From positions 38,276 through 102,275 of the forward strand of contig NMRA01000908.1 of assembly GCA_002633005.1 (NCBI GenBank): a stretch of 64,000 nt of DNA, in the 5' to 3' direction. This DNA is from Phoronis australis. Lineage: Eukaryota > Animalia > Phoronida. The notes under the pieces are model-generated. The model ran no database searches, had not been told where the DNA came from, and was given only the letters and a program-made list of their open reading frames with translations. This document shows positions 23,690 through 36,686 of this stretch, piece after piece (positions within the stretch are counted from its first letter, which is position 1; every line of letters begins with the position of its first letter). The position numbers were made by a program, and so were the translations under genes.

Positions 23690-25887
23690 TTATATTAATA
23701 TTTATATATCTGTGTGTTTGTCTGGCTGTGTCTCTGTGTGTCTTTATAATATTTTTGCACCCAGACATAATGCTTTCTAGGGCTTTCTCGGCTTAACTCC
23801 AATTATTGTACATTATATTTCTGTAATAAACATTTAAAAAAATAAGTGCTCTCAATTGATTTGTAAATGTGTTAGCAGTTTAATTGGCGTCATTGTGAGT
23901 TTGATGGCACATTTCTGTTGACTTTAATTTTTAAATGTTTGCATCTGTATTAATCAGCAGGTGACGTTCATACATTAAAATTTTGCATTAAATTTTATTG
24001 TGAGAAAGAACCTGCGTGATTCTCTGGTTTGATGCAACCTAAGAAATTACACTAATATTTGAATTGTCACACCTTATGGAGATCTAATTTCCATTGTTTT
24101 AAACATGTTCTATAGCATTCCATTTTCCAAAATTAGCCAAATTTAAGGCAAAAGCGTGACAGATGATTTTGTTCGAGTCACTTTCCTGCTGTCATCGGGT
24201 GACCGTCCTTTGCATAGAAGATAGCACCATTTTTAATTCACAAAAAACAGGGGCAGTTCATTCCATCACTGTAGCACGTAGACATGGCGACCCCTTATGA
24301 ATAATAAAAAAGGGGAAGGCTATGCCGTCGGCGACCTCTCCTTTCTGAGAGTTATAACTTATATAGCATGATATACCATTTTAAAAATTACGTAGAGGCA
24401 GCGAGAAGTGACCCCATTGTCCATTATTAGAGAGGGTTTCATATGGATAACCACATCACAGAATAAAACGTATTTCTTATTTTAAAAATCTGAATCAATT
24501 TTCTCTGGAGAATATTGCCAACGAACTTCCGTAAGAGGCCTACCACACAATCGGTGGAGGAATGTTAGCGCGTGACTTTCGTGAACAGAATTCGGCCAAA
24601 CGCACCTTAGCTTACAGACCGTAATATTGATAAGATCTGCGAACCTTGCTGGTAAACGACACAACAACTATTTAGCATTGAAGTATATTGCCAGATTGGT
24701 TATTAGCATAAAAATCAGTTGGGAACGGCATTTAAACGAAAAACTCTTTGAAAATTAGTAGTATTCTTTTAATGCAGATACCGGAAAGTATGTGACGACA
24801 TGAATGCCCGTGTGATTAGTCTTAGGCAAGTGGCCTAGGGTGATTAATTCATTTTGGATTACTTATCATAATTGCAGAGAGAGTTTCAGATCTCGCTCTC
24901 ATGAGAATCCGTCGTCGAGCCTGAACGTAACAAATTCCTCAGACTGTGTTGAAGTCACTGTGTATTCAGCATTTTTAAAAACTGGGAGCCCTGAAACGAA
25001 AGCGTCCTACGCAAGGGATCCCAAAGAGAATATCCAGAATTGGTAGCTGACAAAAGTTCGTCAAAAATTTGCCTCCCTCACACATGCTCCGCGGTGTTTT
25101 TGTATACACTGCTCTCCTTGTCCTCGCCCCGCTACGTCGGTCGCTTCAAAGGATTTACCCTTACGCCCACAAATTACTGAGGATGTACGTACTCTAGCTT
25201 GCTACGTCCCTGTAAAGTGGGAGGTGGAGGTTCGCAGCAGTGAGATAACCAGCGTAATTTGTTGTCATCTTGTCCGAATTTTACTGGGATTGAGGTTAGT
25301 TATGAAATACAGAAAAGCCAGTCTTCTGTATTTCACTGTTGAATAAAAGTCATTGCGCGGACGTAATAATATATGTTTGCAAGGTAAATAATGATATTGA
25401 TTCTGCTTAGTTAAAAACAAAATCATATTTATTATCAGTAAGAGTGGTTTGTGTGATTATATATATTTTCTAACGTTCCATCTGATTTTCTTCACTCGGG
25501 TAAGTGTGGTTTGTCAATAGTCACTGTGGCTTGATTTATAATTGTTTCCCTTCTCCTGTCTAGCTGCCATTATCATTGAAACTAAGCGAAGAAAGTCACT
25601 TCCGATGCTTTCTTCTTCGTGACAGATCGACCGACCCAGAAAGTGATTATTTTCTTTTGGGATATATTATGGGTTAGGCAGATGAACGGCTATCTAGGTA
25701 CCCGAGCCGCACGCTCCAGATTTTGATTTTAGACTCGGAACCCATAGCTCGGTTTAAAGTCCGAGTTCGTGTTCAGAGGTTAACTCACTGGCCAATGAGC
25801 GGAAAGCTGACGCAGAAACTAAACTATATTATTATGATTTCCAGGTTAAGAACTAAAGCTTTGTCTAAGGTGTGCTTAAATATCACC

Positions 25888-25942
25888 ATGGGATCTTTGG
25901 TGCTTTCGACAGTTGTGTTATTCAGCTCACTTCAAGTTCTTG
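25888..25942 (+). CDS. Signal-peptide exon (first coding exon) of the SMB-domain GPCR
   Basis: Kozak context CACCATGG; encodes MGSLVLSTVVLFSSLQVL. The phase-1 donor G|GTAAGC matches the phase-1 acceptor at 43430, and an upstream acceptor TTTCCAG lies at 25844. Confidence 0.75.
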
Positions 25943-28900
25943 GTAAGCGTATATGTTAGAACAAACAGTACAGTAAAACGAAGTACGTAAAATGTCTTGT
26001 TAGTTTAAAATTTATCATCGAATCAACAGTAAAGTTCGCTGACTACCTTGCACGTCACGCGTGGACTCGGAAACGAATATCACATTTGTTATGACGCCTT
26101 CAAAGCAGTTAGAGCATTTGTGTTGAATACTATTTCACTCTAAATGTACACCCCAGCAGCCAAACACATTGCGTCACTGGGGGGTACATTTGAATATCCG
26201 TGCTCCTCCTGTTTCGTGATATTCTTTGAACATTGAAGTCACTGTTCAGTCGCACGTTCAACTCTTTCACGTCGGTTGGAGAAGACTAATGCGCTTTACC
26301 CAGCAGATAACATGAGAGATGGTAGGTCGGGTAATCATTGGTGGCATACTTGATTTCTTCCCTACCTAACCACTATGTGATTGAACCGCTTGTTCAGCGC
26401 AGAGAGTGTGACGTACATGTTGATAAAAGATGCTGGGTGGCGATGTTTTGGTGTTGCCTGGATGTGTACTCACGCATTCAGTGTGTCACTTTTCCATGGT
26501 TTACTTTTGCGCATTTTCGAGACGGAAAAAGTGGGCAAACACACCCTTGACGTGTGCTCCTCTATAAGGCTACAGAAATGTCACAGTTATAGAAATTAAT
26601 CAAAGCCTTAGACATTTTGGTGTACGAGATAACTACTAATCGTTACAAGTCACACTTATGAAAACCTGCGTCTCCTGAAGTGTATTTCGTTGTGCAAGCA
26701 TCTAAATCAGGCTGTCATTAATTTCCATACTCGATTAATGACGTCATGTTTCGACTTTCACGGATCACAAGATTTTTGTTACCCCACCGGACACAAATTC
26801 CATTTATCAAGGTTTTCGACTACGTATTCCCCACTCCGGACGCTCCAGTAACGGCGTTCAAGTTAGCGACCGGAAGGTTTTTTAGTTGGAGCAATTTCAA
26901 TATTGAATCGATATGGCCATTACAAAATTACTTTGAACTTGAAGCCAATGTTTACGGTCATGGAGTACGCCAGTGTCACATTCTCACGCAGTCATTTCAC
27001 AGGCCATGAAAAACTTGAACCCTACATGAATACGTACTTCACAGTGTAAGTTACTAGAAATCACCAGCAATTTCCAGTTCGAATTGTCTATAATCACATG
27101 TTGTTGAATCGTCCAAATGCGTAAGAATTGAACAAGTGAGGTGTTACCTGACACATGATTGTCATTTTCTACATAATATCTTTCAGATGTATAGCGAGAA
27201 GTTCCTAATAACGAAATTTATTCAAATGAACCCAATTCATTAAAGGGCCATCAACACAAGCTTTTACTTTCATTTTCGCCCAAAACGTTACTGTGTGTGT
27301 GTGGACTGAAGGTATACCGTGGGAAAAGGTCACGATTGATTACGAAAACTCATCATGCAAATATTTTCAGATGCACAGTCATTTCCCGGACCAACATCAA
27401 CATCCACTGCAGGCAGTCCCTCGACATGTAATAGCTCTAAAGAGCAGGCGTGTGAAGGTATGTAACTAAACCGTTTTCGAAAACGTCGGTGCTTTACCAC
27501 CGTACATCTAGTACACATAAATGCTCTTAAAACATTTCGAGAAAATTTTGGGAAAATAACGGTCTATGTCTTATCACATACTATAGCAAAATCGATGATT
27601 CTACTCAAAGTTGTCACCAGGGACGATTAAAATATAAACGTCTCACGTCTTTTCTTAAGAAGCCTGGAATTGTTAATAACAAGTAGAAATTGTCGATTTT
27701 ACAAGACGCAAGGGATTTTACTGAAAGCCATTGCTTTCTGAGCTATTTATTTTAAGAAATAAGCAAAAACCAAGTATTAGTTCAGATTCACAACAAAGGT
27801 TACACTCTGACGTTTTTCTGTCTGTAGCATTCGTACCAAAGTGGCCTCTATTTAAGCAGAAAATTACATTTTAACTCACCGGGTACGTCACTGTAGTCTG
27901 CTATTTTTAGTGCAAGGTCTCGTTCTCGATCGCCTTCCGGGCTTTTTCGATCGCGGGTTGGCCGGGGTGAAGAACAAAAAGGTTCAAACGTGTACACCAT
28001 GCATGTCACATGGGCGGCGCACCATAGGCGTGGTTACCAGTAAAGTTAATCTAGCTCAATTTTTGAGTATCATTCTCTTGGCTCCCATGACCACACCCAA
28101 CAAAGTGAACCTGCCAGACGGCCATTTCCAAGCACTAGGATACCCACAGAGCACTGTGGCACCAAAGAAAATTGGTTACCTTTTCATGTCCAAAAAGCTC
28201 TGGGATCCTGGTCTATATTCAGTTGCGGCGACTGGTGTGACATTTGGTTTTACTTCCGACAAGTACGTCGTCCCTTCGCCATGTTTGTTGTGTAGTCAGC
28301 TGCACAAAATGTTGAATAGCCGACGAAAAGCCAATAGTAGCCAATTTGCCTCAATTTGGATAAGCGATTTTGCGCTTCTGAGCATCTACGTTAAAGTTTT
28401 AGCGCTCTTGAAACGTTTCACACATGTTAAATGAAACTAACATCAATGGATCCAGAAACAGCCAGTACCTGAATTCTAACAGTCTGCTCTATGGGACGTA
28501 CTATAGTTTCAACAAAAGGACGTGAAGGTTTTTATATAAATAATGTTATGTTGAGACGTATATGTTTTTTATTTTGCCTTAAGTACTAATTTGTGAAGTG
28601 TTACGCTTCTTCATAAAAATCTACATTAAATGCAACAATATCACTTTAAACTCTTCATTCGGTCGCGCATTACAGGATGTCGAAAAATTCCTCGCCTTGT
28701 ATCTTGGCAGGTCATCGAAGCCGGCCTCAAATTAGCCCCGGGGTTAAACTTCTATGCAAAATTAATGCCAGTGTAGCACGAGGGAGATTCCACTGGGCTT
28801 CTGGTGCTACCTGCATGTATCTTTTTACCTCGTTTCAATATTTGGATGCTCCATTCATACGTATGCAGTCCGGACAAATAATCTAATTTCCAACAAGTTG

Positions 28901-31900
28901 ACCCTGCGGTGTGATTTTTTTTTCTTTTGAAAACGAATTATGTTGTGGGAAGAACAAAATCAAGAAGAGGATTTTTTATACTTGAAGACGAAGTCATCAA
29001 CCGTCTCGAAGTTCCCCCAGTTTTCATCTTTGGAACACGATGGCTTGTATGGTCCTGCAATGTACCGTTTCTAATGTTTTGATGACGTAGAGTCAATTTC
29101 TAATGTTAATTTTTAAAGCATGCACGGTCAGATTCAATATCAAGTGGGAGTTAAACAGCACTAAGAAAAATCCATTTCCTTTATAGGACCAGATGTTAAT
29201 GAGCATCTTATTTCTGTTGTGATCACGTGAGTGGTCGCTAAATATGGGAGTAAGATATACTCCCAAATTATCGATAATTAAAGTCAATCATTTTGTCTTT
29301 GTAAGTAGGAGTATGTTTATACGAGTAGTCCGTACAGGTTTCATACATGTAGATTATGTGTCTGAAGTTAGCAAATGCTACATGTATGCTAAAGAACACA
29401 AGGTTCTGTTGAATTACTTGATAATTGCAATTTATTTAGTGCACCCCGTTCTCACAAAACTCACAAATTAATCCCATTATTAAACGTAGCGCATTAAAAT
29501 TGAACCAAGTACGTAATTAGCTATGCATTCATGTTTTGTTGTGCTGATGCGATATTAAAATTAACCTCATTTTATATTCAAATTCATTTGTCGATGAACG
29601 AGCTAATTCCCAAAAACAGTATGAGTCCATCAAATAAATGAAACGGTCGCTGTCAAAGTTTCTAATATTTTGTTAAATGCCAATTTCCTCAGACCTTCAT
29701 ACACTGGATACTCCATTAAAACGCACCTTCCATCCATAATAGGGCCAGTATATTCAAAGAACAAATACTTTTCTTTAGTAATGCCTCAGTGTTTGCCAGC
29801 TTCGATTTTCATTTGATTCTTTGAACACCTAAGGGTGCAAGATCTGAAATGAAACACTTCCAGCTAGAAACTGACATATTCTTAAAGAACGAGTCACTCT
29901 TCGTTGGTGTGCTTATAAAACCCTGAAAACGCATGAGTAAAGAATTTTGGCAATTCATAATCTCCCATTTTCAGCGTTTTAAGGAAATATCACAAAGTAT
30001 GTAGTGAAGAAAATGAAAAGCAAACGAGAAGAAGAGCAATATACCTGAAAGGTGTTAGGAAGTTTTGACCTTTGGTCTCTAGGATCAACTTGAGTTTGAC
30101 CCCTCGTATATAAAATAAGGTCAAAAATGGACTCTGTTACACAGAAAATGGTATAAACGGTGGATCGGATGACTGTAAATAATTAAGTTGAAATTCAAAA
30201 CGGCGGCAGTTCATTCGTTTGAAAGCACTTTCCACTGTTAACCCCTCCCATTGTTTGATTAGTGTAAGTCACTAATTTATTTTAGTTTTTTGACACCGAA
30301 ATCCTCACGCTTTATCAGCTTCGTAAGGGGATAAACTTCTTCGCTGTGGGGAGATGTACAGAACATGATGTCTTTGTTCATTCAGTAATATTTCAAAAGA
30401 TTTGCCTTTTTCGTAAGAAATTAGTACATTCTGCCGCACAACAATGGAAATTTGGCTGGATTATAATAGCAGGAAAGGTGTTAAAACGCTGTTCATACCA
30501 GTAGATTGAAACCTCCCGCCCGCATTGCTATTTGTAGGTGGTGCTGAACGCCCGTCGTCCAAAATCCTGATCGCCATCTGGCGGTTTAGTAAATTTCAAT
30601 ATGGTGCGGCTATTTCAAAAGTGAGCTATTGAAAAAATTACCAAGGCGAACTAATTACAACCAAGCTAAGGTTGTTGCCATTATGCTTGACATATTTCAT
30701 CAAACCAGTCTTTTACACGGGGTTCTAAACAATCGCCGGGATCCAAATAATCGCAAAACGGAAACAAATCACTGGTGCTCTGGTGGTTCATAACGCCTCC
30801 TAATGAATACTGGGGGATATCACACATTCAAACGGGCAANTGAACATTGAAGTCACTGTTCAGTCGCACGTTCAACTCTTTCACGTCGGTTGGAGAAGAC
30901 TAATGCGCTTTACCCATCATTTAACACAAGAGATGGTAGGTCGGGTAATCATTGGTGGCATACTTGATTTCTTCCCTACCTAACCACAATGTGATTGAAC
31001 CGCTTGTTCAGCACAGGGAGTGTGACGTACATGTTGATAAAAGATGCTGGGTGGCGATGTTTTGGTGTTGCCCGGATGTGTACTCACGCATTCAGTGTGT
31101 CACTTTTCCATGGTTTACTTTTGCAGAAGCAACTCAAGTACCGCATATTCGAGATCGAAAAAGTGGACAAACACACCCTTGACGTGTGCTCCTCACTAAG
31201 GCTACTGAAATGTCACATAGAAATTAATCAAAAACCTTAGACATTTTGTGTACCAGATAACTGCTAATCGTTACCAGTCACACTTATGAAAACGTGCGTC
31301 TCCTGAAGTGTATTTCGTTGTGCAAGCATTTGAGTAAGGCTGTCATTACTTTCCATACTCGATTAATGAAGTCATGTTTCGACTTTCACGGATCACAAGA
31401 TTTTTGTTACCCCACCGGACACAAATTCCGTTTATAAAGGTTCTCGACTACGTATTTCCCACTCCGGACGCTCCAGTAACGGCGTTCAAGTTAGCGACCG
31501 GACAGTTGTTTAGTTGGAGCAATTTCAATATTGAATCGATATGTCCATTACAAAATTACTTTGAACTTGAAGCCAAAGTTAACGGTCATGGAGTACGTCA
31601 GTGTCACATTCTCACGAGGTCATTTCACAGGCCATGAAAAACCCTACATGAATACGCACTTCACTGTGTAATTATTAAAAATCACCAGCAATTTCCAGTA
31701 CGAATTGTCTATAATCACATGTTGTTGAATGGTCCGAATGCGTAAGAATTGAACAAGTGAGATGTTACTTGACACATGACTGTCATTTTCTAAGTAACAT
31801 CTTTCAGATGTATAGCGTGAAGTTCCTCATAACGAAATTTATTCAAATAAATTCAATTCATTAAAGTGCCATCAACACAAGCTTTTACTTTCATTTTCAC

Positions 31901-32379
31901 CCAAAACGTTACTCTGTGTGTGTGGACCGAAGGTATACCGTGGGAAAAGGTCACGATTGATTACGAAAGCACATCATGCAAATATTTTCAGATGCACAGT
32001 CATTTCCCGGACCAACATCAACATCCACTGCAGGCAGTCCCTCGTCATGTAATAGCTCTAAAGAGCAGGCGTGTGAAGGTATGTAACTAAACCGTTATCG
32101 AAAACGTCGCTGCTTTAACACCGTTCATCTAGTACACATAAATGCTCTTAAAACATTTCGAGGAAATTTTGGAAAAATAACGGTCTATGTCTTATCATAT
32201 ACTATAGCAAAATCGATGATTCTTCTCTTAGACCGGGATCCCAAAGCTTTTTTGGGCATGAAAAGGTAACTTATTTTCTTTAATGCCACAGTGCTCTATG
32301 GGTATCCTGATGCTTGGAAATGGCTCTCTAGTAGGTTTGCTCTGGTGGGTGTGGTCAGGGGAGCCAACAGAATGACACT

Positions 32380-33275
32380 CAAAAATTGAACTAGATCAAC
32401 TTTTCTGGTAACCACTTCAGACTACCTTGGTTACCTACTACGTACTCCACTGTATCAAAATTGATCACTGCCAGACAATTTCAGTGGTGGGGAGTATCCG
32501 TCAGACGGTTATAAACAAGGTAAAAAATTGAGCTGGATCAATCCAAGAGGTAACCGCATGAAACCAGTTGCAAACTATTCAACGTGAGACCAGGTATCAC
32601 GAATGAACACTGCCAGACAAATCTAGTGGTGGGTTAGCCCCGCCAGACACGCCCAAATACCAGAGTTGAGGGAGATCAACCTATCAGGTAACAGTTTGAA
32701 ACCAATTGCACGATGATCAGCATCACTGTACATGGCGCAACAGTTAAATGCCAGACAATTACAGTGGTGGGGTGCCCTTGCTAAACAATTTTCAAAAAGG
32801 GTTAAAAATTGAGCTTGATCAACCCAAGAGGTAACAGCTTAAAACCAGTTCCAAAATATTCCCCATAAGCACAGGTATCATAAATAAACACTGCCAGACA
32901 AATCTAGTGGTGGGTTAGCCCCACCAGACACGCCCAAATACTTGAGTCGAGCTTGAGCAACCCAATAGGTAACCGTTTGAAACCAATTGCACGATGCTCA
33001 GCATCACTGTACATCGCACAACAGTGAGATGCCAGACATTTTCAGCTGTAGGTGTCCCTGCCAGACGACTAAAGAAAGGGCTAAATGTTTAGTCAAATCC
33101 ACCCAAGAGGTAACCGCATGAAACCAGGTGCAAAATATTCTACGTAAGTCCATATATCATGAATAAACACCGCGAGACAAGTCTAGTTTTGGATTAGCCC
33201 CGCCACACAACATCAAATATCTGAGTTCGGCCAGATTTATCCGCCAGGTAACCGTGTGAAATCATTTGCATAATG
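32380..33275. repeat. About 140-bp tandem repeat with a 280-bp A/B higher-order structure
   Basis: Unit starts near 32381, 32523, 32662, 32804, 32944, 33083 and 33223. Conserved boxes are GGTAAC, GAAACCAxTTGCA and GCCAGACA..AGTGGTGGG. Confidence 0.85.
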
Positions 33276-33626
33276 TCGAGCAACAAAAGGTACTTAACAG
33301 ACATTTTTAGTAGTGGGGCAGTACCATGCAGAGGTTTGGTCGATGCAGGGGCGACTTTTTATTAGACACCCATTAATGCCAGAAGCGGAGATACTGTGAC
33401 GGATGCTCGCAAAGAACGGGACACAAATTAGGATGTAACGTGGTCCAGAAAAACATTCTCGCATTATTTCCAGCCAAAGTTTAAAATCAGTCATGCTTGA
33501 ATGAGTGATTACACCTCATTGCATACTCAGACGGAAATATGAAGTTTAGTCGGCGAATGACCTAACAAAATTGTTGATCTGGTTGTATTTTAGCGTGTTA
33601 CTTAAGTTGCTTACATCGATGGAAAT

Positions 33627-34763
33627 GGGAACATTCCACTATTTCGAAGGTTTAATACTCGTAAGGTTCACTATTCCGAAGGATCACTACTTCGACGATT
33701 CACCACTCCGAAGATTCGCCGCTCCAAAAATATCTAAACTTTCAAACTCAGACGTGAATTTTAAACTTTTCGGCATGCAAAAACAAACGATATTTCGGTT
33801 ATTAGATGCATCTGTATCGAAAACAACACCCGGGCAGTAAAACACTTTGTTTGGATTCCATGTAGACAGTGACCACCGTCTCCAGGTAGATAGCACATTT
33901 AGAAACAGTAGTCAGATTTCATGTGCATGCGAAATTGCCTGCATGTCTTGAAATAAGTACGCACTTACATTTTAAATGACATGAAGTAGAAGTAGGGCCT
34001 ACAATTCATCAAATCCATGCCAGAATCGCATTGCAGTGCGACCCACACGGCCGAGTACAAACTAAATGAAGTTAGTAGGCCACCCTGTCCTTGCCAGCTC
34101 TCACTAAATCAGGGACTTTCATTTATTCTTTTTAAATTTGAAACCGCCGTTGGTCGCCGCAGCCGTGCCCCAGATGTTGCCTCTGCTTGAGAATGAGTCG
34201 TGATCACACAATCAGAGTAGTGAACTGTCGGAGTTCTGGGCCCAGCCTCGAATCTTTTTACTCAAAAGGAAACTCGAAATATTGTTTGGCATTTTTAAAT
34301 CTACTTTTGTGCAAACTCAAGATAAGTGTCTATTACTTTATGCTCGAGTTCATAATGACTTCCGTGGGATGATTTATTAGTCCTAGTCTGCAGTTGACAA
34401 ATCCAACATTAAAGGTAAAAGTTCGAGTTTGAACTGGAAATTTCGAGTTTTTAATCGAGTTTGTAGCACGAATATAAGGGTTTTTAAGTGCAAACTTGGA
34501 CTAGAAATTCATATTCATAAACTATAATTATTCGACCACAGTCTGATAACCACGTATCTTGAGTTCGCACAAAACTCGCAAAGAAATTGGCAAAAATAAT
34601 TTCGAGTTCGTTTCAAGCATAAAGATTAGAGACCGGGCCCTGGTTTTGGAATAGTGGAAATTCAAAGTATTGAATTCTAGAAGTTAACAAACCTTCGGAG
34701 TAATGGGCAATCGGAATACTGGACCTTCGGAGTATTGAACCTTCGTCATAGTGACATGGAACC
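33627..34763. mobile_element. Foldback/Mutator-like element with 15-bp subterminal repeats
   Basis: Arms built from AAGGTTCACTATTCCG-like units in inverted orientation, GG...CC ends and an 8-bp TSD atggaaat/ttggaaat. The interior is homologous to about 41790-42190. Confidence 0.7.
34239..34639. mobile_element. PIF/Harbinger MITE nested in the foldback element
   Basis: GGCCC...GGGCC termini with about 40-bp imperfect TIRs and a CTG TSD on both sides. Confidence 0.8.
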
Positions 34764-35027
34764 TTGGAAATCTTTTCCATCAAGTTTGCAGCTCGTATGA
34801 AGTCTGCAGGGTTGTGCACCATTGACACTGATTGACTACAGATTTTCATTAACCAAAGTTAAGGTCTACGCCTACCTTTCCATCATAACGTGAAAATGCT
34901 CAAAGGTACATTCACAGTGCAACAAAACACGGCAGTTGAATGTCTGGTTTTTTAGCACGACGGAGGACTGCCTATAATGAACTTACTATCAGCGTATACT
35001 GAATTTAAAAGAACACCCCGGCCAACC

Positions 35028-35085
35028 CGCGATCGAGAACGACCGCAAGGCGATCGAGAACGACCGCAAGGCGATTGAGAACGAA
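35028..35085. repeat. 21-bp tandem repeat (about 2.6 copies)
   Basis: GCGATCGAGAACGACCGCAAG repeated. Confidence 0.9.
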
Positions 35086-36686
35086 ATTTGGCGCGAGAAG
35101 CAAAGCCAGGCAAGGTGAGTAAACTTGATGAATTGTCGTTGTTTTTGCTTCTAATGTGAAAACAGATACATGACTTCAAGGCGTAACATATTGAGGAAGG
35201 ACAGGTAGAGGTTTATGCTAGTGTCTCTTCCACTTATTGGAGAAAAGTTACGTTGAACAAGGCATCGCATGAGCCGAAGGTGATTTGTATGTCATTTTGG
35301 CAAATTACCGTTATTTTTGGCACTGAATCATTAAATTGACCATGGAGTTATGAAGAAATAACGTGTGAAAATATAACGCAACTCTTGTTTTTTGTAGTTT
35401 TGTCAGAAACTCTGATTTTTCGACACTTTTCTGCTGAAAGATGCGAACGAGAACGCAAAGATAAGTGATCGGGAACTTGTGATTGTTTAAGCGATGGGGA
35501 ACGCATCGTGGTGTGTCGAACAGTAATGAACTATTTACTTATAAAACGTGGAAAAGGTTACAAAATAAGTGTGGTGCAATGAATTAATCACATTTTGTGT
35601 CATTACTATGTTACTTTCGTATCAAAACTGAACAACAGCATAGTATTGCCATGAGCACTACATGTACATGTACATCAAGCATAATTTTAGTTTCACAAAC
35701 GAATTTATTTTCATTTCAGGAAACAAGTTCACTGTCATTGTGAGGCTAGCTTCAACGAACATGTTAACCAAGACGTGAAGGTACACCCTACCGAGGTTTT
35801 GAAGAGTACATGAATCCACTTTTAGACGAAACCACTGAGAATAAGGGTTTCTAAACTAAAGACTCACCCAGGAGTTGTTCCATGTGGCTTGTCAGGGGTG
35901 AACAAATTGTTGCAGCACTGAGATGAAAGCGAGTGTAGAACCTTTTTGTAAAATTGTGACAGCAAAAGGAAGAAAGAATGATGATGAGCTTGCCCATGGG
36001 AGGGGAGTGCGGCAATACTTCACGAGATGATTCAAAGATTCCCACTCATAAACGTCTGGGATCTTAAAATTGACCAGAAGTTGTGTAAACTGGTGTGCTG
36101 ATAAAACGGGTGGGATTTTACTTGATGTTTTACTGATGACACAATACAGAGACCAACAGATTGACTTATAGCACCCGTGTGGCTTGAATGTACATTGTGT
36201 TTGACTCTTCTCATTTGTAGTCTTGGTCCTAAGTTCACCTGCATCATCAGTTCATGATTTCCAGTTTAATGTGACATTGAAAAAGATTGAGATAGTTATA
36301 ATACACATACTATATTGTGATTTTCTCAAAACATAGTCAATATGTTGTCATTAACGTCACTTCAACTACACACTGTAGTGATTTACACAGGAAATCAACA
36401 GTACTATAGCATTTCTTTTATGATATTAATCTTTTATCACAATACCTCAAAATTGGTCTTATAAAATATATAAATTTATTGCTTTAGGGAAATCAACAAA
36501 TCCACTGAACATTTCAAACGAATTACTTTTGGAATGTATTGGACTAAGTCATCATTGAATCAATGTATTTACGACTGATTGATAGTATAATAGTCTCTCT
36601 CAGGAAATCAACAACATTATGGAAGTAATGTGTACAATAATCATAGACATATATTTTCTTTTAAAATACTACATGGTCAAAACAAT

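Noticed and set aside
23445-23796. His/Thr and Cys/Val-rich ORFs
   Set aside because: Translations of the CA/TG microsatellite.
26338-29471. ORFs 'conserved' between 26-29 kb and 31-41 kb
   Set aside because: Conservation reflects the duplicated or allelic block. Frames break between copies, and no domains are recognisable.
32380-33275. Regularly spaced conserved boxes resembling a CRISPR array
   Set aside because: The intervening sequences are homologous to each other rather than unique spacers, the context is eukaryotic, and no cas genes are present.
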